Assembly: GCA_045863295.1 (NCBI GenBank)
Contig: BTWA01000002.1
Location: 1-64,000 of the forward strand
Direction: 5' to 3'
Length of the DNA stretch: 64,000 nt
From: Candidatus Hydrogenedentota bacterium
GTDB lineage: Bacteria; Hydrogenedentota; Hydrogenedentia; Hydrogenedentales; SLHB01
How positions within the stretch are numbered: the stretch's first letter is position 1; each line of letters opens with the position of its first letter. Position numbers and translations under genes: made by a program. Of the stretch, positions 10,860 through 20,523 are shown piece after piece. Below the pieces are notes generated by a model. The model saw only the letters and a program-made list of their open reading frames with translations. It was not told the DNA's origin and made no database searches.

Positions 10860-11843
10860 TTACATGAACACCTGGACGCGGCTGGTCTTTCGCAATTCCG
10901 CCATCCATTTTTCAAACCGTTTGCTTGCTTCGACTTGACGCAGGCGCGGCTCGATTTCCTTCCGGGCTTCCTCCAACGACACGGTGCCGGCGGGTTCCTT
11001 TCCTTCAACCAGTAGAATATGGAGGCCGCCATCAGACTCGATGATGTCTCCCACCATCCCTACCTCTTGCGTAAACGCAGCGTCGTTCAACACAGGAACG
11101 AGGTCGCCCTGGTTGACCCAACCGATAATGCCCCCGGCATCCGCGCCCGGGGCTTGCGAATACTCAATGGCCAATTCTTTGAAATCCGCGCCCGCCGCAA
11201 GCTCATCCTTAAGGGACTGTAACCGGGCTTTCGCAACTTCGCGCTGGGCGGGATCGTTCGGCGCCGTGAGGAAGATCTGGCGCACACGGACCCGCTCGTC
11301 GTGCTTAAACTGCTCCAGGTTATCCTGGTAGAACTGGGCGACATCGGATTCGGAGACCACGATGCCTTTTTCGAATTCCTGTTGCTTTCGCGCGGCCATC
11401 CCGCGGGCGAGGATTTGTTTGCGCAGCCGTTCCCGCACTTCGGTAAGGTTTTCGCCAGCTCTTTCCAGTTCTTTTTGAAAAGCTTCGGGGGATTCGAAGA
11501 GCTTCTTGTAATCCTCGAGGCGTTTTTCCACCATATCGTCGGGGATTTCCAAACCGGCAAGCCTGGCCTCGCGCACAAGGATCCGGCTGTCGATCGCTTG
11601 GTCCAAAGTGTCCTGGATCAACTTGTCCACGGCGGTGTTGTAGTCGGTCTCGCTGGCCGAGTTGGCCCGGAGTTCATTGACCTGCGGCCCGGCTTCTATG
11701 AGGATGTCGCTCATCAGGATCGGTTCCGTATCAACGGTCGCGACGATTTCATCCACGATCCGGTCCGCGTGCACGGCGAGACAAGCGATGGTGACGAGGG
11801 CCGCGGCGGCTGGCCGTGCCCAATAAAACGAGATGCTGCCCAT
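10860..11843 (-). CDS. surA: SurA/PrsA-type parvulin peptidyl-prolyl isomerase chaperone
   Basis: Signal peptide, VDEIVATVD.EPI..SD (SurA_N), GADFKELAIEYSQ..GADAGGIIGW (rotamase). Confidence 0.88.
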   Translation of the reverse strand: MGSISFYWARPAAAALVTIACLAVHADRIVDEIVATVDTEPILMSDILIEAGPQVNELRANSASETDYNTAVDKLIQDTLDQAIDSRILVREARLAGLEIPDDMVEKRLEDYKKLFESPEAFQKELERAGENLTEVRERLRKQILARGMAARKQQEFEKGIVVSESDVAQFYQDNLEQFKHDERVRVRQIFLTAPNDPAQREVAKARLQSLKDELAAGADFKELAIEYSQAPGADAGGIIGWVNQGDLVPVLNDAAFTQEVGMVGDIIESDGGLHILLVEGKEPAGTVSLEEARKEIEPRLRQVEASKRFEKWMAELRKTSRVQVFM

Positions 11844-12189
11844 AAGCGGTGTGCGAGCCTCCGTATGTGCCCCTTGAAAGGTCCCCAGTATCCGCCCAAA
11901 CAGACTTCGGGCATGATTTGGGCGGTAGCATAGCATACGTGGGAAAAGTGCGGCAAACACTTGAGGTGGCAGACCGCGGAACCAGGAAGTGGGTAAAGAC
12001 CTGGAATGACCGTTGCTGGTGGCGTGTGGCGGATTACCCGGTGTGCGGGGGGTTGGAAACGCGTGACGGAACGGTCGTGGCACGGTTTTTCTGAGTTATT
12101 CCGACAACGGAAACTCGGAGGCGAAAGCCCTCCAAGGCAGTCTGAGGGTACCGGCGCCGGAGAGCGATTTTGCCATTTTGAGGCGAAGC

Positions 12190-13293
12190 TCATATTTTGA
12201 TGTAGATCTTCCGTTGGTGCATGAAGTACGCGGATCCGGCAATGACGCCCCAGAAAACGGCGAAGCCGGCGATTCCGGCCAATAGGGACCATTGTTCGGG
12301 AGCAAATCCCTCGGCCACATCCAAGAACAGACTTTGCGCAATGTAAAGAATCAGCGGATTCATCCCCACGGATGTAAACGTTGGGATTCGAAGGTTGAGT
12401 TTGTCGCAGATGAGGTAGAACGCGAGCAACTGGAGGAAGCACAGGCCCGTTGCCCAGAGAGGAAATGGGGCGTTCATGTATCGGGCCGAGAACGGCCACT
12501 CCGTTTTGAGGCCCGGCCACTCCACATGAAGTGCATAACCGGCTGCGCACAGGGCAACGCCCCAGGTTAGACAACCAAGAACAAGTTTCTTTTCATTTCT
12601 CTCGCTCATCAAGTCGTACGCGTAAGATCCAAAGAGCAGCATCATCACCCAGCTAAGGGGACCGAGCGGTCCGCCGTTCAAACTCGTGCCGAACAGTTCG
12701 CCGTTCAGTGGAATCAACCTCACGAGGAAAGGCACATAATCAGCATCGTCCAAAGAGAACTTGCCGTGCGCTACCCACGTGCCATACGACGTAAACGTGT
12801 AGATGCTTTGGTAAAGCGCTACAAGGGCAAATGCGGCGATCAGCCGGGTGCGCGGTTTCTTGTCGATAAACGCCACGGCCAGCAGACCGGCCAGACCAAT
12901 GTCCATCAGGGCGTCCCAGAGCCACCCGGCGTAAAGCGCGAAAGCGATCAGCACCATGATGGCATACCGCTTCATCAGGGACTTCCGGCCCTGCCAAAGT
13001 CCAGTGCTTTCACTTCGGCGCAACCACGACAGCCGCATCCCCATTCCCACGACAAAAACAAAAAGCGGCGCAATCGTGTCGGCGTAGGTGAAAGTAGTTT
13101 TGTGGTGGCTCAATTGGAACAGGCACGCATCCCAGAACTTCTGTGCGCCGGGACTTTCCAGCGTCGACGTTACCGGATCAAAGAACAGACCGCTCGCATT
13201 GACCAGCAGCATACCGAATATGGCGTACCCCCGGAGTTGATCCACGCTGACAATGCGTTTTGGTTGCGTGCCGGCCGTGTCGCCGTTGGACAT
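12190..13293 (-). CDS. HGSNAT-like (DUF5009/DUF1624) membrane acyltransferase
   Basis: RIVSVDQLRGYAIFGMLLVN, FTYADTIAPLFVFVVG, VGMNPLILY. Multi-TM. Confidence 0.8.
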   Translation of the reverse strand: MSNGDTAGTQPKRIVSVDQLRGYAIFGMLLVNASGLFFDPVTSTLESPGAQKFWDACLFQLSHHKTTFTYADTIAPLFVFVVGMGMRLSWLRRSESTGLWQGRKSLMKRYAIMVLIAFALYAGWLWDALMDIGLAGLLAVAFIDKKPRTRLIAAFALVALYQSIYTFTSYGTWVAHGKFSLDDADYVPFLVRLIPLNGELFGTSLNGGPLGPLSWVMMLLFGSYAYDLMSERNEKKLVLGCLTWGVALCAAGYALHVEWPGLKTEWPFSARYMNAPFPLWATGLCFLQLLAFYLICDKLNLRIPTFTSVGMNPLILYIAQSLFLDVAEGFAPEQWSLLAGIAGFAVFWGVIAGSAYFMHQRKIYIKI

Positions 13294-13390
13294 GTCGCCT
13301 CCCCGCGGATTGCCGTTTCGCGAGGCTACTCACGGAGCGGCATTGCACCCATTGAAACTTCTCCCGGCCCTTCGAAAGGTTCCGGGTGTG

Positions 13391-13419
13391 TTGCAATATA
13401 TACTGTGGGGGAGTATATT
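13391..13419 (+). promoter_or_regulatory. Sigma70 promoter with overlapping RcnR/CsoR-type operator
   Basis: TTGCAA (13391-96), 17 bp, TATATT (13414-19). Operator ATATACT-GTGGGGG-AGTATAT (13398-13418) matches the TACT-G-tract-AGTA RcnR site. Confidence 0.85.
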
Positions 13420-13454
13420 ATACGAATCAATGGAAAAACAAGGAATTTCCCCCA

Positions 13455-13733
13455 GTGTCACATACCATTCGAGACAAGAAGAAGCTGCTGGGCCGCGTTC
13501 ACCGGATCCAGGGGCAGCTGAGTGCAATCGAGCGCGCCTTGACCGAAGAGCAGGATCCGTACGAAACCCTCCAACTGGTCGCGTCCAGCCGGGGAGCGCT
13601 AAACGGGCTGATGTTCGAAATCATTGAAGGTCATATCCGGCATCATGTCGTGGATCCAGGGCAGCGGCTGAAACGGGATCAAGCGGCTGCCGTTGAACAA
13701 CTGATCGAGGTAGTCCGGTCCTACTTAAAGTAG
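13455..13733 (+). CDS. rcnR: RcnR/DmeR (CsoR family) metal-sensing repressor
   Basis: GTG start after AAGGA. MSHTIRDKKKLLGRVHRIQGQL...RGALNGLM..IIEGHIRHH...VRSYLK. Confidence 0.9.
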   Translation: MSHTIRDKKKLLGRVHRIQGQLSAIERALTEEQDPYETLQLVASSRGALNGLMFEIIEGHIRHHVVDPGQRLKRDQAAAVEQLIEVVRSYLK

Positions 13734-13782
13734 GAGCACAGAGTCATGCCGCCCTGGCGGCACGCGCCGGGAGCATCCAGTC

Positions 13783-14733
13783 ATGCCTTCGCACCATCAT
13801 CACGCTCATAACGGCCACGATCACGGCGACGAACACGGCCACATGCATGGCGTGGTGGATCCCACAATTCTTTCCACGGAGCGAGGAATCTGGGCGGTTA
13901 AATGGTCGTTTATTGGTCTTCTTCTTACGGCCCTTTTTCAGGTGGCGGTGGTCTATATTTCCGGCAGCGTGGCGTTGCTCGCCGATACCATTCACAACTT
14001 TGGCGACGCGGCCACGGCTATCCCACTGTGGATTGCCTTTATGTTCGCTCGCATCAAACCCAGCAAGCGATTCCCGTATGGATTGGGGCGTGTCGAGGAT
14101 CTGGCGGGCATGGTCATCGTCGGAATCATTTTGTTCAGCGCACTCGTCGCCTTCTATGAATCCATTGATCGCTTTCTCCATCCCCGGACCGTACAGTATC
14201 TCTGGGCCGTGGTGGCCGCGTCCATTATCGGGTTCATTGGCAATGAAGCTGTCGCCATTTTCAGGATACGAGTTGGCAAGGAAATCAACAGTGTTGCATT
14301 GATCGCCGACGGCTATCATGCGCGGATAGACGGCTGGACGAGTCTCGCCGTGCTCTTTGGCGCGGTGGGGGTATGGCTGGGCATTCCGCTTGCCGATCCG
14401 GTGGTGGGACTCTGCATTTCCATTGCGATATTTGGCATCGTGTGGCAATCGGCCCGCGCTGTGTTTACGCGATCGCTTGATGGAATCGAACCGGTGGTTC
14501 TCGACGAAATTGCCCATGCCGTCAGTCACGTCGACGGCGTGCGCAGGATTCACGATGTTAAGGCGCGTTGGCTAGGCCACAGACTGCGCGCGGAACTGGA
14601 AGTCGAAGTCGACGCTGGATTGTCCGTTGGAGAGGCACAAGAGATCGTGGCCGAGATTGAAAATCAACTGGACCTCCATTTGGCATGTCTTTCGGGCGTG
14701 ACCATTCGCATAAGGGGTGAATCCGCGGCCTGA
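13783..14733 (+). CDS. Cation diffusion facilitator (CDF) metal exporter with His-rich N-terminus
   Basis: HHHHAHNGHDHGDEHGHMH, SGSVALLADTIHNFGD, FPYGLGRVED, ADGYHARID, C-terminal dimerisation domain. Confidence 0.93.
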   Translation: MPSHHHHAHNGHDHGDEHGHMHGVVDPTILSTERGIWAVKWSFIGLLLTALFQVAVVYISGSVALLADTIHNFGDAATAIPLWIAFMFARIKPSKRFPYGLGRVEDLAGMVIVGIILFSALVAFYESIDRFLHPRTVQYLWAVVAASIIGFIGNEAVAIFRIRVGKEINSVALIADGYHARIDGWTSLAVLFGAVGVWLGIPLADPVVGLCISIAIFGIVWQSARAVFTRSLDGIEPVVLDEIAHAVSHVDGVRRIHDVKARWLGHRLRAELEVEVDAGLSVGEAQEIVAEIENQLDLHLACLSGVTIRIRGESAA

Positions 14734-14779
14734 TGACTGCCTTTCGATACGCCCGAGATCAGTTTGGTCCACGGAGTCC

Positions 14780-16156
14780 TCAGAGCAGGTATCTTGTGAC
14801 CATACCACCCAGTGCGCATGCCGCGAGAACCTTGAACATGCCGGCGTGGTAGCGAAACGTGGCAACCATTGCTGCGACGGCCAGGAACAATGCGGCCCAA
14901 TTCACGGTGCTGAAATCAGGCACCTGCAAAGTAAGCGGGCCGAATGGCAGCTGAGTCACTTTCCCAAACACCGTGTGCAGGAAGAACCAAACGGCTAGAT
15001 TCAAGACGACTCCTACCACCGCAGCAGTTATCGCGCTCAACGAGGCATTGAGGGCTTTGTTGCCGCGCAGGACTTCGATGTAGGGAGCGCCAAGAAATAT
15101 CCATAGAAAGCATGGCGTGAACGTCACCCAAGTGGCTAGCAAACCACCCACTGTGCCGGCGAGCATTGGGTGAAGGGAGCCGGGATCGCGGAAGGCGGCC
15201 ATGAAGCCGACAAACTGAACAACCATAATGAGCGGACCTGGTGTTGTCTCCGCCATCGCGAGTCCATCGACCATTTCGCCAGGCGTTAGCCACCCATATA
15301 CGCCGACGGCCTGTTGTGTCATGTAGGCAAGAACGGAGTATGCGCCGCCGAAAGTGACGACCGCAGCTCTGCTAAAGAATGTGGCCACCAGGAAATAGAC
15401 ATCATCCTTGCCACGCGCAAGCATGAGAGCGAGGAGCGGTGCAGACCAGAGCACGCCCCATACTGCGACGACCTTGGCGGAACGCAACAGAGTTGGCACA
15501 GCGCTGCGCCCCATAAGGCTGCCGCCAAGTATGTTGTCTGGCCCGTTGGCCATGCGCGAAAAGTAGCGCTGGCCGAGGCCAAGCGCGGCCGCTGAGGCCA
15601 CGATTAAGGGAAAAGGGGTGTCGAAGAAGAAGATCGCGATGAATGCGGCGGCTGCGATGCAAACGGAAGAGCGCGATTTGAGGGTGCGCCTGCCAATGCG
15701 CAGTACGGCTTCTGCGACAATGGCGAGCACGGCGGCCTTCAGGCCAAAAAAGAAAGCTTGAACCCCCTCGATGTGTTGGGCTCCGGCATAAAGATAGCTT
15801 AGGCACAAGATGACGACGACGCCGGGTATGACGAAGAGCGTGCCCGCGACGAGACCGCCTCGCGCGCCATGAAGCAGCCAGCCGACGTAGGTGGCCAGTT
15901 GCTGGGCCTCCGGACCGGGCAGCAACATGCAATAGTTCAATGCATGCAGAAAGCGATCTTCGCTTATCCAGCGCTTTTCGTCCACCAGTATGCGATGCAT
16001 TACCGCGATTTGACCCGCTGGACCGCCAAAGCTGTTCAGGCCAATATACGCCCACGTGCGCGCCGCTTCCTGAAAGGTTGGCAGGGCCGCACTCGTTTCC
16101 AACGGGCTGGAAGTTTCTTCAGGCTTACGGTTTTCTGGTTGATTTCCCTTGGCCAC
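14780..16156 (-). CDS. chrA: Long-chain chromate efflux transporter ChrA
   Basis: SFGGPAGQIAVMH, LLPGPEAQQLA, TFGGAYSVL, AETTPGPLIMV. GTG start 1 nt after the chrB stop. Confidence 0.95.
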   Translation of the reverse strand: MAKGNQPENRKPEETSSPLETSAALPTFQEAARTWAYIGLNSFGGPAGQIAVMHRILVDEKRWISEDRFLHALNYCMLLPGPEAQQLATYVGWLLHGARGGLVAGTLFVIPGVVVILCLSYLYAGAQHIEGVQAFFFGLKAAVLAIVAEAVLRIGRRTLKSRSSVCIAAAAFIAIFFFDTPFPLIVASAAALGLGQRYFSRMANGPDNILGGSLMGRSAVPTLLRSAKVVAVWGVLWSAPLLALMLARGKDDVYFLVATFFSRAAVVTFGGAYSVLAYMTQQAVGVYGWLTPGEMVDGLAMAETTPGPLIMVVQFVGFMAAFRDPGSLHPMLAGTVGGLLATWVTFTPCFLWIFLGAPYIEVLRGNKALNASLSAITAAVVGVVLNLAVWFFLHTVFGKVTQLPFGPLTLQVPDFSTVNWAALFLAVAAMVATFRYHAGMFKVLAACALGGMVTRYLL

Positions 16157-16157
16157 G

Positions 16158-17117
16158 CTATCTTCCCTTGGTGCTAGCAATCAACTCGTCATAAAGGATG
16201 TTAAACAGTTCCACGGCTCCTGTCAGTCGATCCACGTCATTCCGGCAGGAGGAGCGAATGCTCCGCAGCACAAGCGCAATTCCCATGGCTTCTTCGCGGG
16301 CGTATTTTCCGTCTTTCATGTCGATGTCATGAACTATCTCAGCGAGTTGGGAGATCGCGGGATCGTGCAGGTGAAAGGAGTCGCACAAGACTTCAAACGT
16401 GCACTGGCTCCCTCGATGCGTGAATTCGCCTTCGTACATATCGAAGCGCAGTTCGCCGGTCCTGTGCCTATACGTTTCCACTTCGACGTATTTGAATCGG
16501 GCTTGAGGATCGACAAAACGTTTAATCAACCACGCGCTTGCCATGCGGTCCACGAAGATGTTTTTCCTTGTGACCCAGATCCCTCCGCGGGGCATCTTGC
16601 ATTGGCCGCCCGGAGACGCAGAACGCTTATTTTCCGCTGTCTTGGCTTTGAGCAAGGACTTGATGTCATCCAACAAGCTGCGTACGGTGCGGCCGCCCTT
16701 TGCGCTGAAGTAATCCCTTTCGGAGGTACGCTCCAAGTTTCTGCATAGCCGTGCAAACGCTGCCTCCAAGCGGTCTACGCGATCGGCCTTAGACTTTGTC
16801 TTGATTGCGCCAAGCAAGGTTCGAGCATCCCGTGCGATCTTCGAGTACTGTGTCTCAGCTCGCGCATTGAAAAGGCGAATAATGTCGGCATCCGTCAATC
16901 CTTCCACGAAACCTGCGTCGCATACCACACCTTCGCCGCCTTCACGCTTGATTTCATTCAACAACCACTGAAAATCTTCAATGGACTCTTCCCGGTTGGG
17001 AAGCACATACACCGTGTTCTTGATTGCCACGGCGCCGATATCGTGAAGGCGCCTGCTTATCCTTACGCGCGCATAGGCCGGTCTTGGGGGCAAATGATGG
17101 ATGAGCAATAGCCACAT
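16158..17117 (-). CDS. chrB: Chromate-responsive regulator ChrB
   Basis: WLLLIHHLP.RPAYARVRI.RRL, WVTRKNIFVDRMASAWLIKRFVD, FDM..GEFTH.G..CTFEVL, IVHDID. Confidence 0.92.
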   Translation of the reverse strand: MWLLLIHHLPPRPAYARVRISRRLHDIGAVAIKNTVYVLPNREESIEDFQWLLNEIKREGGEGVVCDAGFVEGLTDADIIRLFNARAETQYSKIARDARTLLGAIKTKSKADRVDRLEAAFARLCRNLERTSERDYFSAKGGRTVRSLLDDIKSLLKAKTAENKRSASPGGQCKMPRGGIWVTRKNIFVDRMASAWLIKRFVDPQARFKYVEVETYRHRTGELRFDMYEGEFTHRGSQCTFEVLCDSFHLHDPAISQLAEIVHDIDMKDGKYAREEAMGIALVLRSIRSSCRNDVDRLTGAVELFNILYDELIASTKGR

Positions 17118-17159
17118 ATGTTTTGCACGAGGGGCCAAAGGCGATGTATCCAGATTTAT

Positions 17160-17195
17160 GATACAATTGTATCTATATTGATGCATTATATGCAA
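17160..17195 (-). promoter_or_regulatory. Putative chrBA promoter with palindromic operator
   Basis: Minus strand TTGCAT (17195-90), 18 bp, TACAAT (17171-66). Perfect 14-bp palindrome GATACAATTGTATC (17160-17173) covers the -10. Confidence 0.6.
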
Positions 17196-17552
17196 TAACG
17201 TGTCAGTTTCCCCGATTATCACACTTGCCGGGCCTGCTTTTTCTAGAGCATTGGCGGGTTCCCGGGCCAGTTGATTCCACGAACCTGACTAAACCGGTTG
17301 AAGGAATTGTCCCAAGAGACGAGATGGAAGATCATAGAAGCCATCTATACTCCCGATCGCATACATAGAAGCGATCGGACCATGGTTTGATAACCTGATT
17401 GCGCATGGGGCGCGTCCATGAATATGGCTGTCACTCAAGAAAGCGCGCATCGGTTGCAACGGTCTTGCCTTGGGGGTATGCTGACGGGGTTTTTTGGGCG
17501 AAAGTGCAATTCATGTCCCCGACGGGGAATTTTCACGAGGGAGTTATCGACG

Positions 17553-18608
17553 ATGGCGAAGCAGGGTGCGGTGTACCGGTTTTCGTTTGGGCCCTGGAAT
17601 ATTGACGAGGGGTCCGATCCGTTCGGGCCGACGGTCCGGAAGCCGATTGAGATGGCGAAGAAGTTCAAGATGGCCAAGGAGATGGGCTTTGACGGGATGC
17701 AGTTCCACGACGACGACGTGGTTCCGGATATTGACGGAAAGTCCGCCGCGCAGATCTCGAAAGAGACCAAGGCCGTGCGCAAGAAGTTGGCGGATATTGG
17801 GTTGACGCCGGAGTTCGTCGCGCCGCGCCTGTGGTTCGCGGAGGAGACAATCGACGGCGGGTATACGAACAACAACGCGGCACAACGGAAGTACGCGATC
17901 GAGCGGACCAAACGCTGCATCGACATTTGCAACGATTTGGGTACCGACCGGATGGTGCTGTGGCTGGCGCGCGAAGGCACATACATCCGGGAGTCGAAAA
18001 ATGCGCGGGAAAAAGTGCTGGCAATTCGGGATGCGTTGAATGTGTTTCTGGATCACGACCCGAAGGTTCGCATTCTGATTGAACCCAAACCGAACGAGCC
18101 GGTGGACAGCGCGTACATTTCCACCATCGGCCACGCCGTGGGCATGTCGTATATAACGAAGGACCCGTCGCGCGTAGGCGTGTTGCTGGAAACCGCGCAC
18201 TCCCTCTTGGCAGGGCTCGATCCGTCGGATGACATGGCGTACGCGTTGGCTCACGACAAACTGTGGAGCGTGCACTTGAATGATCAGGGCGGACTGAAGT
18301 TTGACCAGGACAAGACCTTTGGTTCGTTCAATCTTCGTCATGCCTTTAACCAGATTCGCGTGCTGGAAGAGTACGGCTACGGACGCAAGGGCGAGTGGGT
18401 CGGGCTGGACGTGAAAACCATGCGCACGCAGAAACAGAATGTGAGCGCGAAGCATTTGTCAAACAGCCTGGAGCGGTTCAAGTTCCTGCATAAAAAAGTA
18501 AAGACGCTGGACAAGAAACTGGAAGCCCAGTTCATCGCGGCGCGCGATTACGAAGAGTTGGACCGGTACCTTGTGTGCCATTTGATGGGCGTAAAGTATT
18601 CGGGTTAA
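17553..18608 (+). CDS. xylA: Xylose isomerase family protein (short class)
   Basis: FSFGPWN, DPFG, FHDDD, WLAREG, IEPKPNEP, ETAH, HLNDQ..KFDQD. Confidence 0.85.
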   Translation: MAKQGAVYRFSFGPWNIDEGSDPFGPTVRKPIEMAKKFKMAKEMGFDGMQFHDDDVVPDIDGKSAAQISKETKAVRKKLADIGLTPEFVAPRLWFAEETIDGGYTNNNAAQRKYAIERTKRCIDICNDLGTDRMVLWLAREGTYIRESKNAREKVLAIRDALNVFLDHDPKVRILIEPKPNEPVDSAYISTIGHAVGMSYITKDPSRVGVLLETAHSLLAGLDPSDDMAYALAHDKLWSVHLNDQGGLKFDQDKTFGSFNLRHAFNQIRVLEEYGYGRKGEWVGLDVKTMRTQKQNVSAKHLSNSLERFKFLHKKVKTLDKKLEAQFIAARDYEELDRYLVCHLMGVKYSG

Positions 18609-18624
18609 TGGGGTCGAATTGAAG

Positions 18625-18656
18625 GCGCGCGGCGCGCAAGCCGCGCGCTCTTTCAT
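18625..18656 (+). terminator. Putative intrinsic terminator
   Basis: GCGCGCGGC-gcgcaa-GCCGCGCGC followed by TCTTTCAT just after the xylA stop. Confidence 0.5.
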
Positions 18657-18710
18657 TCAACCGGCACATGGGGCGCACAAGACACAACCCACACAGCGAG
18701 GACGATGACA

Positions 18711-19475
18711 ATGCCCATTGCGGATTTTTCTCTGAAAGACAAAGTGGCTGTCATTACCGGCGCGAGCCGCGGCATTGGCGAAGCAATCGCGCGCGGATAC
18801 GCGGAACAGGGCGCGGCCGTGGTGTTATGCTCGCGCAAGCAGCCGGGCGTGGACGCCGTGGCGGCCTCGATCAACGAAGCCGGCGGCACGGCGATGGGTA
18901 TTGCGTGCCACACGGGTGAACCGGAACAAATCGAAGCCTTTTTTGCGAAGGTGAAGTCGGAATTCGGCCGTGTCGACGTGCTGGTCAATAATGCGGCGAC
19001 GAACCCGTATTTCGGGCCCATGGTGGATATTTCCATGGGGGCCTTCGACAAGACGTTTGACGTGAACGTAAAAGGATATTTTCTGATGTCGCAACTGGCC
19101 GCGCGGATGATGGTGGAGGCCGGCTGCGGCTCCATCATCAACGTGGCGTCGATAGCCGGGATGAGCCCGCCACCCATGCAAGGCGTGTACGCGATTACGA
19201 AGGCCGCCGTCATCATGATGACGAAGGCCTTTGCCAAGGAGTTGGGCGGCGCGGGCATCCGCGTCAACGCGATTGCGCCGGGCCTGGTGGAAACCAAGTT
19301 TGCCCAGGTGTTGATCGATTCGCCGGAAATGCTGGACTGGTTCACGTCCCAAACGCCGATGGGCCGTCACGGCCAGCCGGAAGAGATTGTGGGAGCCGCC
19401 GTGTATCTGGCATCGGACGCTTCCAGCTATACAACCGGCACCGTGATGCTGTGCGACGGCGGGTTCTCCGTGTAG
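18711..19475 (+). CDS. Short-chain dehydrogenase/reductase (classical SDR)
   Basis: TGASRGIG, NNAA, YAITK, VNAIAPG, DGG. Confidence 0.95.
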   Translation: MPIADFSLKDKVAVITGASRGIGEAIARGYAEQGAAVVLCSRKQPGVDAVAASINEAGGTAMGIACHTGEPEQIEAFFAKVKSEFGRVDVLVNNAATNPYFGPMVDISMGAFDKTFDVNVKGYFLMSQLAARMMVEAGCGSIINVASIAGMSPPPMQGVYAITKAAVIMMTKAFAKELGGAGIRVNAIAPGLVETKFAQVLIDSPEMLDWFTSQTPMGRHGQPEEIVGAAVYLASDASSYTTGTVMLCDGGFSV

Positions 19476-19530
19476 GCGCGAATCAAGTCGATCAAACTTC
19501 GGGTTCGCTTGTGGTGAAGGGATTCGTAAC

Positions 19531-20412
19531 ATGCCGATAAAAACGGTGGCGATCGTGGGTTCGGGTTTCATGGGGAGCGGTATCGCGCAGGTGGTTTCAC
19601 AGGCGGGCTGCAATGTGCGGTTGATCGATACGTCCGAGATCTCCCTCGCGAAAGCGCACGCAATTATCGGATGGTCGCTGGAAAAGCTCGCATCCAAAAA
19701 TTTGGTGAAGGAGCCGGTCGAGGCAATCTTTTCGCGAATTGTATGCACGACCGACTACGGCGCGGCTTCGGACGTGGACCTTGCCATCGAGGCCATTTAC
19801 GAAGATGTGGAATTGAAGCAGGAGCTATTCGGACAACTGGACAGCCTTTGCAGCCCGGATACGATACTCGCTTCGAATACGTCGACGATTCCGATCACCA
19901 AGCTTGCCGCGGCGACGAAACGCGCGGAACGCGTGATTGGGACGCACTTTTTTGGTCCCGTGCCGCTGATGCGTCTGGTGGAAGTGATTCCCAATCCGGC
20001 CACCTTGCCGGAAGTAACCGACGCGGTAATGGCGTTCGCAAGGTTCGTGGGAAAGAATCCGGTCCTGGTGAAGAAGGACATCCCGGGCTTCTTGATGAAC
20101 CGGATCTTCGGCGCGATGTCGTGCGAAGCCATGCGTTTGGTGGAGGAAAGCGCGGGAACGATTGTGGACATCGATCAGGGAATGTGCGACGGCTTTAATC
20201 TGCAGGCGGGTCCACTCGCAATATCGGATTTGGCGGGGCTGGACATCTGCGCGAATGCCTTCAGCATCATGCACGAGATTGATCCCGCGCGATTTCCAGA
20301 GATTCCCGAAATTCTCAAGCGTTTGGTCAGAGAAGGCAAACTCGGAGCCAAGACGGGCGAAGGATTCTATCTGTGGTCGCCGCAGGGGAAGCGCATGGGG
20401 CCGGCCTTCTGA
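19531..20412 (+). CDS. 3-hydroxyacyl-CoA (3-hydroxybutyryl-CoA) dehydrogenase
   Basis: GSGFMGSGIA, EAIYED..LK, ASNTS, GTHFF.PVPLM.LVE, PGFLMNR, LGAKTGEGFY. Confidence 0.93.
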   Translation: MPIKTVAIVGSGFMGSGIAQVVSQAGCNVRLIDTSEISLAKAHAIIGWSLEKLASKNLVKEPVEAIFSRIVCTTDYGAASDVDLAIEAIYEDVELKQELFGQLDSLCSPDTILASNTSTIPITKLAAATKRAERVIGTHFFGPVPLMRLVEVIPNPATLPEVTDAVMAFARFVGKNPVLVKKDIPGFLMNRIFGAMSCEAMRLVEESAGTIVDIDQGMCDGFNLQAGPLAISDLAGLDICANAFSIMHEIDPARFPEIPEILKRLVREGKLGAKTGEGFYLWSPQGKRMGPAF

Positions 20413-20523
20413 GTATGCATAACCGGGTGTAAATCCAGAGTTGAAGTCGTGTGTTGCCGCGATTTGCCGCCGAATCGCGGTTTTTGCTTTTTTCAGGCGG
20501 CTTGGAGAAAGAAGGTTTCCACC

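Noticed and set aside
11850..12190. Structured intergenic region (GGAGGC-GAAA-GCCCTCC and CCGCCCAAA..TTTGGGCGG hairpins) as a riboswitch
   Set aside because: Could not match the conserved cores of glycine, c-di-GMP or other riboswitches; hairpins alone are insufficient.
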